Below, piece by piece: positions 28,201 to 39,450 of a stretch of 64,000 nt of DNA (within the stretch, counting starts at the first letter, position 1; every line of letters starts with the position of its first letter). The stretch comes from Camelus ferus. Lineage: Eukaryota. The position numbers and the translations under genes were made by a program. Below the pieces are notes generated by a model, which had not been told where the DNA came from, did not search any database, and saw only the letters and a program-made list of their open reading frames with translations. Location: the NCBI RefSeq assembly GCF_009834535.1, contig NC_045697.1, positions 16,742,001-16,806,000 of the forward strand. The letters are read 5' to 3'.

Positions 28201-30583
28201 AGAAAGTCCTCCTTAAGGTGGGCAGAAACGTCAGCGGGGGGAGAGAGCACCATGCGGCTCTGATTCTCTTTGGAGTATTTTTGACTTTGCATGCTTTGCC
28301 ACCTCCCTCTCTAACCTAACTCATATTTATCAGGGCTCATGGAATTTTCCTCCAAGGCGCTTCGAGTTTTGTTCCCTGGATGCCATCCCCTCTGCTGTCA
28401 CCTTGTCCCTTCCCTGCACCTGCATCGCATGGGGTTTGGAAGACAGCAGAGCCCGCTGTCAGATTTCCTCTACTTCCTGCTTGTCCTGAGCTCGTACGAC
28501 TATCAGAAGGATCTCTCTTAAATACCAGCTCCATCAGATTGCCCTCCTGCTAAAAATCCCCAGTGCTACCCTAATTGCTGTTGTGGGAACTCTGAACACT
28601 TCCAACCGGGTTCTCGCGGTTTGCTGTAATTTTGGACCCACCCTAAATCCAAACATACTTCCCTTACTCCTACATCGCCATTAATATATATTGTACTTTG
28701 AGTAAGCCAAGTTCCTCCGCTTCATTCTCCCTCTGTGAAAGCACTTCTCTCTTATTCTCTTATCAGCCTTGGCGACATTTACATGTATATGTGCATACAC
28801 ACAGTCCTGCAATATTTGCCAATTGCTTATATATATATATAAAACCCTATGTTTATAAATATACCTGTGCACATATACATGAATATATAGTCTTCCATTG
28901 TTCTCCAGTCGCCGAAATATATGAACATATACATATATATGTATATTTGTATACGCAGTCTTCCATTATTTGCTAATTGTTTTTCATTTCACCATTTGCT
29001 CTCCTAAACGAGATTAAAAGTTCTTTAGGAAATAGGTCTTCTGCACTTTATATGTAATCTTCACATGACCTAACGCAGTTTGCACCATCAATAAATATGT
29101 GGTGGTCAACTCACCCGTTAGGTTGCAATTATTTATCGAGTAGGTATTTTCCCCTGTTTTCTAAGGAAACATCTAGAAAAATTTCAGTGAACAAGACAAG
29201 CTGGTTCCCTAATCCCAAAATGCTCACAGTCTTTTGAATAGCCAAGATTTGTTTTTTTAACTTTTTCATAAGTATATACTATATGCCCATTTTAGGAAAA
29301 AAAAATAGAATATAACTGAAAGTCAAAGGGAAAAATGTAAAATCATCTATATTCCCACCAGAATGATCAAATACTCTTGAGAGCTTCCACCCATCATTCC
29401 CTTGGTGGTATAGAACAGGACACCTTACAGACAGGTAACAGGAAACCACCCTTCTTCTTTTGCAAAAGTTTGCAATATCAGACCTTCCTGAGAGTTCCAG
29501 CAATTACCCGACGTGAAAGCTGGCCACAGTTGAGAGCCCTTCTCTCGCCATTAGCAAAGGCACGCTTCAGGACGTATTATGAATAATGACCTAGAGACAG
29601 CTACATTCTCACTCACCGTGTTCTAAAGAACCCCAAGTAGCTGCATGCAGAAGTAACAGACCAATGAATGAAAGATGCCCATTCAGTGGAATCAAGGAGG
29701 CACTAAAGCAGAGGTTAAAATAAAGCAGAGACAAGGTGGCCCACAGGGTCCCAGCAGAGCCAATGTGCTATTTAACAGAGCCCCCTGCCACCCAGCTTTA
29801 CATGCTGCCGTGCTGTAAAAGTAGCTCTTTATTCTCCTCTTTCAAACAATGCACAAAGCAACAGAGAGAAGGAAGTTGTGTTGCAATATTCTGAAACATA
29901 AATCTTGCTACCAGCCGGTCCAGGGACAGCATCCTGTTTTCCTGACACATGGCTCGGATTCACTGGAAGCTGTACCTATAGGCCTCATGTCCTGTTTTGC
30001 TAAGTGGCTTCTGAATCATACCTGGTCACCTGCATTTACACATCCAAACACAGGTTGTGCAAGCAGAGATCGCTGTTTGCGTGCCCAGTTACACAACCAG
30101 CATGTACAACTGCTCCCACTCAGGGAGACACCGGTTCCCAAATTGTGACATTCAATCTCATCCTTTCTTCTTCTTAAGTTTAATAAAAATTAAACTTAGA
30201 TTCCAATGTGTGGAAGAGGCCACAGGAAGAAATTCCTACTTATTCCCAGCATCTCAACATTCTGCAATCCTATCTGTAACTCTAAGTACCCCTTTCTTCC
30301 TGCTTTGATTAGAATTCAGAAATCCTGTGGCCAGTTTCCAGCGGTGTCATCAATGTGCTCCTTAACTCAGGGAAAAGGGTTTAACTCCTCGGTGCCTTAT
30401 TTTATTCTGGGAACCGGAGGGAGATAATGCTTGTTATTGGCAGATCAGAGGTGGCAGAGACCGTGACTGTTGGGCTTGCTCAAGTACAAGGCCTTCGCAA
30501 ATGCGATGAGGCAGGAAGAAAGTGAGGGAGCACAGGTGAAAGTCCACTGTGAGAGGTTTAAAGTCACAGGCACTGGGAAAAGC

Positions 30584-30606
30584 AAAAAAAAAAAAAAAAA
30601 AAAAAA
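30584..30606. repeat. Poly(A) tract, A23
   Basis: Direct read. Confidence 0.95.
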
Positions 30607-31151
30607 GCCTTCCGGGAAAGGCAGCTTTGGTAGGAGCAAAAAGCCGTCGCCATTCAAGGGTTATGCTGGTGCATACGGAGCTTTCACAGGGGAAGAGGGG
30701 AAGATACAATTTTAGAATTCTACCTATGCTCAAAACACACTTTTTTTTTCCCCTGTTAGAGAAAAGATGTCTGAGTTTAACGCTGGAGGCCACAGGGCAG
30801 CGGCAGCCCTGCTGTATGCAAATGCTGAGAAAGCTCTCTGCTGCCGTGTGTACGACGAGAATTGCCACATATGGCCTCACCCTTTGCATAGACAAAGAGG
30901 AATAGGTTTGGTGACATCAGAGAAAACTGTCACGGGGATTTATCTACACAGTCACTTTTGCTCTCCGCCACTGAGAGAATTCCGGACGTATCAGTCCCGA
31001 GACCCTGGCCATCTCGATAATTTTACACAGCTTCTAATTCTTCATATCCTGTATCCTAACTCTATGCTCTCTCTCGGGAATCTGACCAATGCATCTTTAG
31101 TGTTTTCTAAAAAGGAATTTCAGTGACTTTTTTTTTTTTTAAAAAAAAAAA

Positions 31152-31371
31152 CAGGGTTTCTTCACTTCAGCCCTGTTATCATTTGGGGCCAAATAATTCG
31201 TTGTTGTGGGGAGTTATCCTGTGCGATGTAGGATTTTTAGCAGCATCTCTGGTCTCTACCCACTAAATGCCAGGAGCATCTCCCGGCCCCGAGTCCTAAC
31301 AATCAAATATACCTCCAGACGGTGCTGAGCGTCCCCGGGCAGGCAAAACTGCCTTTGGTTGAGAATCTCTG
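31152..31371. mobile_element. MER20 (hAT-Charlie) MITE, near full length
   Basis: CAGGGTTTCTTCAC...TGTAGGATTTTTAGCAGCATCTCTGGTCTCTACCCACTAAATGCCAG...GGTTGAGAATCTCTG, with imperfect terminal inverted repeats; ~220 bp. Confidence 0.85.
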
Positions 31372-32229
31372 GTTTAAAGACCTAGTGAAAGATTGAATGA
31401 CATAAACCTTGCGTTTTAGAGTGTTGCAAACAATTCTGTCAGGGGTCGAAAGTTAAATTAGAAAACAAAAGGGGGTGTCTTTCTGTAGCCTGGGCACCTA
31501 GAGATACCTAACTAGTTGCTGGACTAAGTCTCCCAAAGGTGTAAATGAGAAGTACCTCAGGCAGGTGCCACAACACGAAATATGGGGACATAAAGACACG
31601 GAAAAAGTTGTATTTTTTGCAACCAGCCCACCAGGGAGGCACTGACTGCCATGCCACCCCTGCCCCCACCTTTTAGTTATTCCCTAACCATCTTCTACAA
31701 AATACATGGCACTCACCCAATACGAAATAGCCGATTTTGAGATTTTTAGATAAGAGGTCTATAGAGATGGACATTTTTTTCAAGTACTGTTTATTTAATG
31801 CAGCATGACTTAAAATGGGCCTGTAACCTGACAAGTGTACTGAATGAGGAATGTTCAATTTACCAGTTCGAACCAGCCAAGTCCTCGCATGAACTTTCCA
31901 GGACCCGGCTGAGAAGCCTGGGAAAGTATAACTAACCACAAACCCTCAGTGTTTCCTGCATCTGATTCCTCCTCCCCAGCCTTAACTCCATTGCCTTAAG
32001 CACTCTTCTAAGACCCACTTAATGCTCCAGACGTATTATAAATCTTGGCCGTCGACAGAACCTAGAGCCACCTCGGCTCACCAGCTATATACCTGCTCCC
32101 ATGTCAAGCAACACTGAAAGAAAAGATTCTGTTCTATTTTTAAATATATTGAGCAAAGAAGCAGCTTGATATGTCTTTGTAAAGGATGGCTGTCACCCAA
32201 ATTCAGCGTTATTCTATTTTTATCAATGA

Positions 32230-32460
32230 TAATAGACTGTGAAGTCAGATAACTTTGGGGTTCAAAGCCCTCATCTTTATCAACTGTGTGATTTTGGGAA
32301 AATCACTTAGCCTCTCTGAGACTCGTTGTCTGCATATGTAAAATGGGAATAATAAGAATAGTACTTAAACTACAGGTTGCTTTGAGGGATGAGTGCAGCG
32401 GCATCCGTAAAGCCAAGAGTGTCCCAAAATGTTGGCCATTCTCTTATTATTATTACTGTT
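32230..32460 (+). mobile_element. MIR SINE
   Basis: GAAGTCAGA...GGTTCAAA...TGTGTGATTTTGGG..AATCACTTA.CCTCTCTGAG...TGTAAAATGGGAATAATAA. Confidence 0.85.
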
Positions 32461-32494
32461 ACGAACACACTATATCCATCATTCACTCATTATT

Positions 32495-32657
32495 CAAGAA
32501 ACACTTATTCCACACCTTCTGTGTGCTGGAAAAACTCAGTTAAATACTGTAAAATTGGTTTTCTTAATGACTCAATAAACATTTATTCAGTGCCTTTTAT
32601 GTGCCGGGTGCTGGAAAAACTCAATAAATATTGTAAAATTGGCTTTCTTAATGACTC
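32495..32657. repeat. Tandem duplication of ~80-85 bp
   Basis: GTGCTGGAAAAACTCA..TAAATAYTGTAAAATTGGYTTTCTTAATGACTC at 32523-32573 and 32608-32657. Confidence 0.92.
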
Positions 32658-33551
32658 GAGATTTCAACCAAATAACACTGAAGTATAAGAAATGTCTCTG
32701 CTGGTGGATAAAAAACACATTTAAAGTGCTTTGTATGGACTCTGGCACATGGTAGGTAGAAAATGTTAGATGGTGATGGAGGGGCTGGTGGTTGTCGTAT
32801 TGAAAACAAGTTGACTGGACAATCGTTATTCAGTTCACTTGCCAGAGGACCCACTTAATGTCTGTCCCATAGGAAACTATTTATCTCCAAGTAAATGAGA
32901 ACTGATCTTGTGAGAAAGAACTTCTTTTCTCAAAGTAACCCTTTAGCAGGTGCAGATTAGCATTCTTTCTTATAGGGTAGGCTTATGATGAAGAGTCTAG
33001 AGTCTGGGAGGGAATTCTCACTGCCAAAAGGTAAATTAATTTTGACTCACTTGTAAGTAAATATTAGAGTAGCTGGGTTTCGAAGGTTCCATAGCATAGA
33101 GAAATCGGAGTTATAATCAAAAATGCGACCGTAATAATACGAGTTGCTCACCTACTTCACAAGATAGACCTTGGTTAAACAGAATGCATTCTTTTATATT
33201 TTGTATGAATTTACATGAGGTGCCATTTTCTGTGGGAAACAGACAGGAATAAAGAGGTTTAGACACGTGTTCTTCTTTGTCACTCATTCTTCCATAGTCC
33301 CTTTGTCTTTCAACAGAGTTTGGTGTACTCTACTGTGGGTCCTTAGGGCCTTGGTTCTCAAAAATAAATAAATAAAAGGTCCATTTGTTTTCCAAATATT
33401 ATTTTTCCACAAAACAGGAAGTGCCTAAGTCTGGGAAAAAGTGTTTTGGTGACAGCAAAGTAAGAACTCGTTACGCTTCCAGGCCAAGGATGTTAGTGTG
33501 GCCCAAGTCAAGTTCAACGAGAACTGAATTTTCACCAAGGGCTATCCTTAC

Positions 33552-33731
33552 CTCAAATATGTTCGAAGGCTCATTGTTGTACTGATTGGATATGATTTCT
33601 GATTGGTCACTGCACCACTTGAGTCCACCCAGAAAGCTGTCTGTATCCAAGTCGTTCACGTCTAGTTCAGAAAGGTCAAGTTCAGGAAGATCTGGGCAAA
33701 GAGGCTGGTCTTCACCAACCAGAGCAGCACA
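33552..33731 (-). CDS. PPARGC1A: PGC-1alpha exon 2 (CAALVGEDQPLCPDLPELDLSELDVNDLDTDSFLGGLKWCSDQSEIISNQYNNEPSNIFE), acidic activation domain
   Basis: 180 nt, 60 aa. Pyrimidine tract plus cag| acceptor at 33732-33733 and GAG|gtaagg donor at 33551; phase 0 at both ends. Confidence 0.98.
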
Positions 33732-36700
33732 CTGCAGGAGGTAGGAGGGGGGAAAAAGGCTTTCGTTAACTGCAGGAATTTATTAAACTGCAATAGCATG
33801 TGATAGGAATTAAGCCTGGTTAATTCAACGGCACCACCAAAGCTGGTTTCCAGGGTTTTAGTCACCAGAAAAACACCCTAAATTCTTTAACTTACTTTGC
33901 TCCCAAAGGGTACTTTGCCCGAACCACTCCATCCAAAATTCTACCTCTAAATCCCTGGTCAATGTTACGCTTCCATGAAGCCTTCTCGGATTCACCCGGT
34001 TAGAAATCAACTAGATTTGCTTGCACCTCTTTGATAGTTAACACTTTACCAAGTTTCAAATTATTTTTTGATTAACAAATGCAAAATTTCACTCTATCCT
34101 CAGAGTATAACTCCTTTGAGAGACGGATACAAATTTGATTTCACCTTGGAATTGTCATCACACATAATAAAGACAAAATAAATGATTACTAAATGAAAAA
34201 TAGGATATAAGAACTATACTAGGAAAACTTTCTCCATTCATTCTCCCTTTAACCATTATAATCCGTGTAATTCATTTAGCAACTAATGATGCAAAGTCCT
34301 TTAACTTGTCTATGGTTCTGTTGAATTGTTATTTAAATCTTTTTTCATGAGCCTCTGAACTTCATTTCAAACAGGTCAAAAGCAAGATCCTTGAGAGGAA
34401 GAACAAAAATCTTTTTTTTATGCCCTTTGTATTTTTCACTATGTGTAACTTGCAAGTCTTGTGTGTTGGTGTGTGGGTGTGTGTATGTATGTAAATGATT
34501 GGCATCATCTGACGTCTGAAAAGAAAAACCAGTAGGGCACACCACAACTACGTTTTTTGTTCATCATTTATATATGCCTCAACTGTGCTCTAAGTGAATT
34601 CACAAAAACTATTTTTTTTCCCCTTTGGAGTTTTAAAAATGATTTCAATATATTTGAGAGGCTTAAAATATCCTTGATGGTGACTGGACTGCTTGTCACC
34701 TTCTTGCCTAGAGTAGGTGGTCTTTTAAGTGTTTCATACTGTGGCTTTTTTAAGGAAAGTGGACCCCCTTCCCAATGAGGTAGATTTCTAACCTCAGACC
34801 AGCTATCTGACTGCTGATTCATCACTGCAAACTGTGAAGAACCCTGCGGAAACTTCCGATTGCAGGGGTCTGATGATGCCAGAGCCCCAGGGACTTCGTC
34901 CACCTGCGAGCTGAGGGGTCTAAATCGGCAGGTGCACACTCTGAGGTGATGCCCTCTCGGCCCTCCCTTCCAAGGTCGGGATTGCTGCTGGGAACTTGTT
35001 CACATCCAGGCAGCAGTGGGGCCTGAAGCTGAAGACGCTGCTTGACATTTAGATTTTGAATAAAATAAGTTTTATGCGGATTTTTTTTTCCAGGCACCCC
35101 TGTCATCCCTGGCAGGCTACATTACACGGGTCATATGCAGCAGTGTGATCGTCAGCGCCACGCTGAGAAGTAGGTACTGGGTAATGGAGTCAGCAATTCG
35201 TAAGGGGAGGATGGGAGGAGCCTGAAAATTCCTGCAGTTCCTCCCTAAGACTACGGGCCCCAGTGGGATCCCAGGTTGCAGGCACAGAGGTACTGCAAAG
35301 ACAGGGCCATCTCCTTCCTTATCATTGTATTGGACTTTCCTTTTCAATTATCGGAGTTAGCCTAAAGTTACAGATTGGTATACTTGACAAGGTTTCTAAG
35401 GAAGTGGCGGCTGGGCTGAAGGGACTTCGTCTGGTACAATGTTCGTGTTTTGTTGTGGGTGTAACACTTCCCAGCCTCCGCACTTGCCCACTGCTTGTCC
35501 TCCAATCACAAACGCGCAGCGTTAACTCCTCCACTGCAAAAGACGAGGTGACTCAGAGACCAGGCGCTAACTTTTTCAGTGGTGCCAAAACCACTAGGAT
35601 TGGAGGGACAGTCCTTAAAATACAAAGCACAAGCAACAGGAACAGCAACAAAAATTAAAAATAAGTTAGAAAACGTAGGATCTCTATGTCTGGCTTAAAT
35701 TCCTCGGGTGGAGAACCTCGTTTAGAGCCCATGTCCTGGAATGCTGAGAGCGCCCTACCGATTGGTGAGCGACTTCTGTCTCTGTAACAACCCTCTCGGG
35801 GCATGGCTTCTTCAAAACCCTTCAACCTTTCAGAAAGATGTATTTTTCAGTAACTTTTGAAAACTACTGAAAAGATCAGATCCATTTTGTGTATTCCACT
35901 CTGCTGTAATTCACAGATTTCTTTCCTTTCCTTTGCTCTCACTCTCTGTCTCTCTCATTTTTGCTTTTATGTTATAGTTGAAAAATGTGCCTTTGCTCCT
36001 GCCAATGTTGACGTGCTAATAAAATCAGGGCTTCTGAATGTGGCATTATCCTGATAATCTAAAACACATTAGTGGTAGCAAGTGTTCCTGTTATTAATTT
36101 ATATTTGGCCTTTGGATGATGCCAGACTTAACCGTCCAAGCCCTGTAACTGTCCTCAGCTGACATCTTGATATTTACTGCTTCCCTATACATCTGTAACA
36201 GGTGTGCTTTATTGCAATTACAGAGACACATTCTACTGCTTCTTTGCAACTATGACAGCTTTTTCGCCACCATAGCCTTAATTTTATAATAAGATTTAAG
36301 AGGATAAAGCAGTCACTAAACACAAAAGGCTAATTATTGTACGTTATTTCACCCCAACAGATTTTTCTCTTAGTTAAGGAGCCGACAATAAATTAGCTTC
36401 ACTGCACGGATGATAATGAATCATTATAATTAAGTATAATTCTCCATTAACCTTTTGGAGGTTTTTGTGCCATTGATGGTAAATTTTAAAGAGAGAGAGA
36501 AGAAAGAGTGGACTTGGCCACATTCATTACATTAATGAAGAAAAGAATCTTACTTCTTAAAAAAAAATTAGTCAAGACAGGGTTAGGGGGTAGGGCGGGG
36601 GTCAGTAAAGAGTGACAGTCTTAGTGGAGTTTGTGTCATGTGAACTGCCTATCAATCTTAGTAACCTTACTGGACACCACCTTCATTAAACTGAAGCACT

Positions 36701-38684
36701 GGAGACCCTGAGTAGCCATAGGGATACAGGCCTTTATTAACCAATGTGCTGTCCTGTCATTATGTGCAAAAGGGCAGAATACGTTTTAGGATGACAGCAA
36801 ACATTAATGATTCAAAAAATGAAAGCGGCCTGCGCTACCTGCTGCTCGTAATATTTTAGCTGGCGGAGGTGATTCCCAGGGCTGCTGCCGGGAAGGCAGG
36901 GCTGCTAGCAGTTTGCTGCCTCCGGTGCAACAGAAAAGCGACTGGCCGGTCTCAGCCGGCCGGACAACTCAATCCACGGCTGGACAATTAGCCGAGACCT
37001 CACCTCTTGAAGAGCAAAATTAAAGGGTCACTGTTCTCAATGCTTCTGACGCGTATTTGAAAATGACTGCAGGAACTCCGATGATTAAAATAAATCTGCC
37101 ATATTTCCATAGGACCTAGTTCCTCAATCAACTCCTAGCGGCATCAGGAATAATACATGATGGAAAAATGAAACTACAGCAGCTGAGCCCCACAGCCCCA
37201 GCCAGGCAAGCGACCCACAGGACACTCCAGCTCCTCGAAGACAATGAGGACTTTGAAGCCACTTGGAACCCTGACTCATAATAGCTGCAGGCCATATGAA
37301 TTATCCATATCTAGTCCCCCTTACCGAGAAATCACAAGAAGATAAGAACAATTACAATCCGCAAAGAGGCATCTGCCAAGGCGAGAGAGGGTAAACGGAG
37401 CCAGCGTTTGCAGACCCAGCGAAGAGTTAAGAATCCAGGGCATGCCTCGCTAGATAGGAAAAATGCACTCGCCGACGGCCTCGGCCAAATTATTTTCACT
37501 TTAGATGTGTATCGCCACACCACATGGACATCTTATTTAATCAAATCACGTGTAGCCCTTGATCCTCCCCTTACCCTACGTGCCCCCAGCTTCCCAGAGG
37601 ACGCACTCCCAGCCCTGTGCCAGATTCATTGTTAGCCGCCCAGATCCTCCCTGCAATTCAATTCGGGTCCATCTCACCAGAGTCCACAGAAAGTTTCGCT
37701 TGTTTCCCAAGTTGGCCAAACTTTCCGAGAACATTCCATTGTGTTGAATGCAAACACGCCGCGGTCCTCCGTCCCCCCCGCTAGTCACTCTAGACTCCAG
37801 AGATTACGAGGAAACCAGCTCGCTTTTTTTCCCCCTGTATGAATTGTAGCCAGCAGAGGCTGGAATTGATGTATTGCCGTCTATTTTTACACAAGCAGCG
37901 AGCAGCTCCACACACCGTCCTGCATAAACTCTATTCTCTCTCCGGCTTCAGGCAGCTCTCCGTGGTACAGAGAGATTTAACCATTGGCTTCCCTGCCACC
38001 GAGGCGAATGGAAAACCTTGCACTGTAAGGCATACATATATATATATATATATATTTTTATCTGCCGGCCAAAGCTTTCAACCACATACAGGAGTTTTAA
38101 AGGAATCAGCTTTGTTGTTTTTTGTTCTGTGGGAAAAGCAATCTAAAATAGCCCAGCAGGATTATTTAGGATTTTGTGAGTTCTCTGTCTGATGAACAGA
38201 GAGAGAAGAAAAAAAAAAAAAAAATCCAGACTAGAGTCAAAACTGACTATATCTGAGCACATCCATTTTAATATTTTTATCTTTATCTTATTATAAATAG
38301 AAATGGCATTTTTCCAACCAGGCCACTAAACACCACTGGAAAGACTTTAGCCTCTGATTCATATCAATATCTTGGAGCATAAATATTGCATATGGGTAGA
38401 AACAGAGCCAAAGGCACATGGAAAGAGTTTCTAACTGCAACAGATACTGATGACAGCAGCTAAGCTTTGATTTGCTCAAGGTATCTCAGAGCCACCTTAA
38501 AATAGCAAACTTATTGGAGTTGAGATAAGATAGAGATTCCCTTCCAAAAGCTGCTGCCCGGGCTACTTTTCTGCCTCCTCTCCTCTCCTCGCCCAAGCCC
38601 AAGCCCTTCCCCCATTACAGGAATAATTGCATCGCGAGGGAAGCTTCGGTCCTGGCTGCAGTGCCGAGCCCAGCCCCAGCTCAC

Positions 38685-38732
38685 CTCGATGTCACTCCAT
38701 ACAGAGTCCTGGTTGCACATGTCCCACGCCAT
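38685..38732 (-). CDS. PPARGC1A: PGC-1alpha exon 1a coding part (MAWDMCNQDSVWSDIE, 16 aa)
   Basis: ATG at 38732-38730; 48 nt; donor GAG|gtgagc at 38684; sequence is the recognisable PGC-1alpha N-terminus. Confidence 0.98.
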
Positions 38733-38852
38733 CCAGCTCCTGAATGACGCCAGTCAAGCTGTTTCAACTCCAATCCACAGTGACACAGAGCACACACTCA
38801 TGCAGGCAACCAGCCCCTTACTGAGAGTGAACTGAAGGCACCTGTCTTACTA
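38733..38852 (-). other. PPARGC1A: Exon 1a 5' UTR (TSS approx. 38852)
   Basis: Minus strand reads TAGTAAGACAGGTGCCTTCAGTTCACTCTCAGTAAGGGGCTGG..., matching my recollection of the PPARGC1A mRNA 5' end. It starts ~26-35 nt downstream of an AT-rich box. Confidence 0.85.
38754..38801 (-). promoter_or_regulatory. uORF in the exon 1a 5' UTR (MSVCSVSLWIGVETA*)
   Basis: ATG 38801-38799 to TGA 38756-38754, 15 codons plus stop, ending 21 nt before the main ATG. A translation-repressing PPARGC1A uORF is established. Confidence 0.88.
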
Positions 38853-38875
38853 CAGTCCCCAGTCACATGACAAAG

Positions 38876-38889
38876 CTATTAAAAAGTAG
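38876..38889 (-). promoter_or_regulatory. TATA-like box of proximal promoter
   Basis: Minus strand CTACTTTTTAATAG about 25-35 nt upstream of the inferred TSS. Confidence 0.65.
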
Positions 38890-38945
38890 GCTGGGCTGTC
38901 ACTCACCCAGCCTCCCTTCTCCTGTGCTGCCTGCTGCTGAAGCTC

Positions 38946-38955
38946 GTGACGTCAC
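38946..38955. promoter_or_regulatory. Full palindromic CRE (CREB/ATF2) of the proximal promoter
   Basis: GTGACGTCAC containing TGACGTCA (38947-38954), ~100 nt upstream of the TSS; the proximal PGC-1alpha CRE is well established. Confidence 0.93.
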
Positions 38956-39173
38956 TCAAAGGCAGCCCTCTGCCTCAGTGAAGTAACGCTTAAAAAAAAA
39001 AAGAAAAAAAAAAACAGAAAGAGGAAAGAAAGAAAGGAAACACTTGGACTTTTGGAGGCTTCGAGCATCATGCTGTGACTAAAGCCAGCTTTGAATGCCA
39101 CTGACTCTAAACGGAGCCCTGGCCATATAATAACTAAAATCCCCTGCAATCTTTTTTTAATTTATTTTCCTTC

Positions 39174-39450
39174 CAAAACAAGCAAGTGGCAAAGCTCCCT
39201 GTTTCATGACAGAGTAACTCCAGTCTCAGCTAAAATGTGTACTCCCTAAGGACTCAAATTCTAAGACATCCAAATGGACTCGGTTTGGGACTAAAGCAGG
39301 ATCTTATCACATGATGCATTTTTATGAGATATTTTCTAATTGGGGGAAGTGTTTGAAAGCAGAGAAGGGGGCATACTTTTTTCTTTCTTTTCTTTTTGCT
39401 TTGCTTATTTAATCAACAAAACAGCCCATATTTGTTACGGTCTAAACAAA
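39174..39450. promoter_or_regulatory. Forkhead/insulin-response-like motifs (CAAAACA at 39174, CAAAACA at 39417, TAAACAAA at 39443)
   Basis: Short motif matches in the region where FOXO1 IRS elements are described for this promoter; motif-only support. Confidence 0.4.

Noticed and set aside
30434..31126. Overlapping 70-153 aa ORFs with poly-K/poly-F
   Set aside because: Explained by the A23 tract; no recognisable protein or splice structure.
28775..32657. Repeat-spacer-like patterns suggesting CRISPR
   Set aside because: Only 2-3 degenerate copies with low-complexity spacers, in a mammalian intron with no cas genes.
33471..33551. ORF tail VRIALGENS... after exon 2
   Set aside because: Intronic read-through past the gtaag donor.
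1..33551. Search for PPARGC1A exon 3 (KIDEENEANLL...)
   Set aside because: Not found by eye or in the ORF track; intron 2 is known to be long, so exon 3 should lie beyond position 1.
36944..37000. GC-rich imperfect inverted repeat (GGTCTCAGC...GCCGAGACC) as a possible pre-miRNA
   Set aside because: Stem too short and interrupted to support a hairpin RNA call.
38511..38684. Read-through part of ORF MAWDMC...VSWGWARH
   Set aside because: Beyond the GAG|gtgag donor at 38684 it is intron 1.
38697..38708. Exon 1a has QDSVW rather than human QDSESVW
   Set aside because: As I recall, the shorter form is normal in non-primate mammals, so it is not novel.
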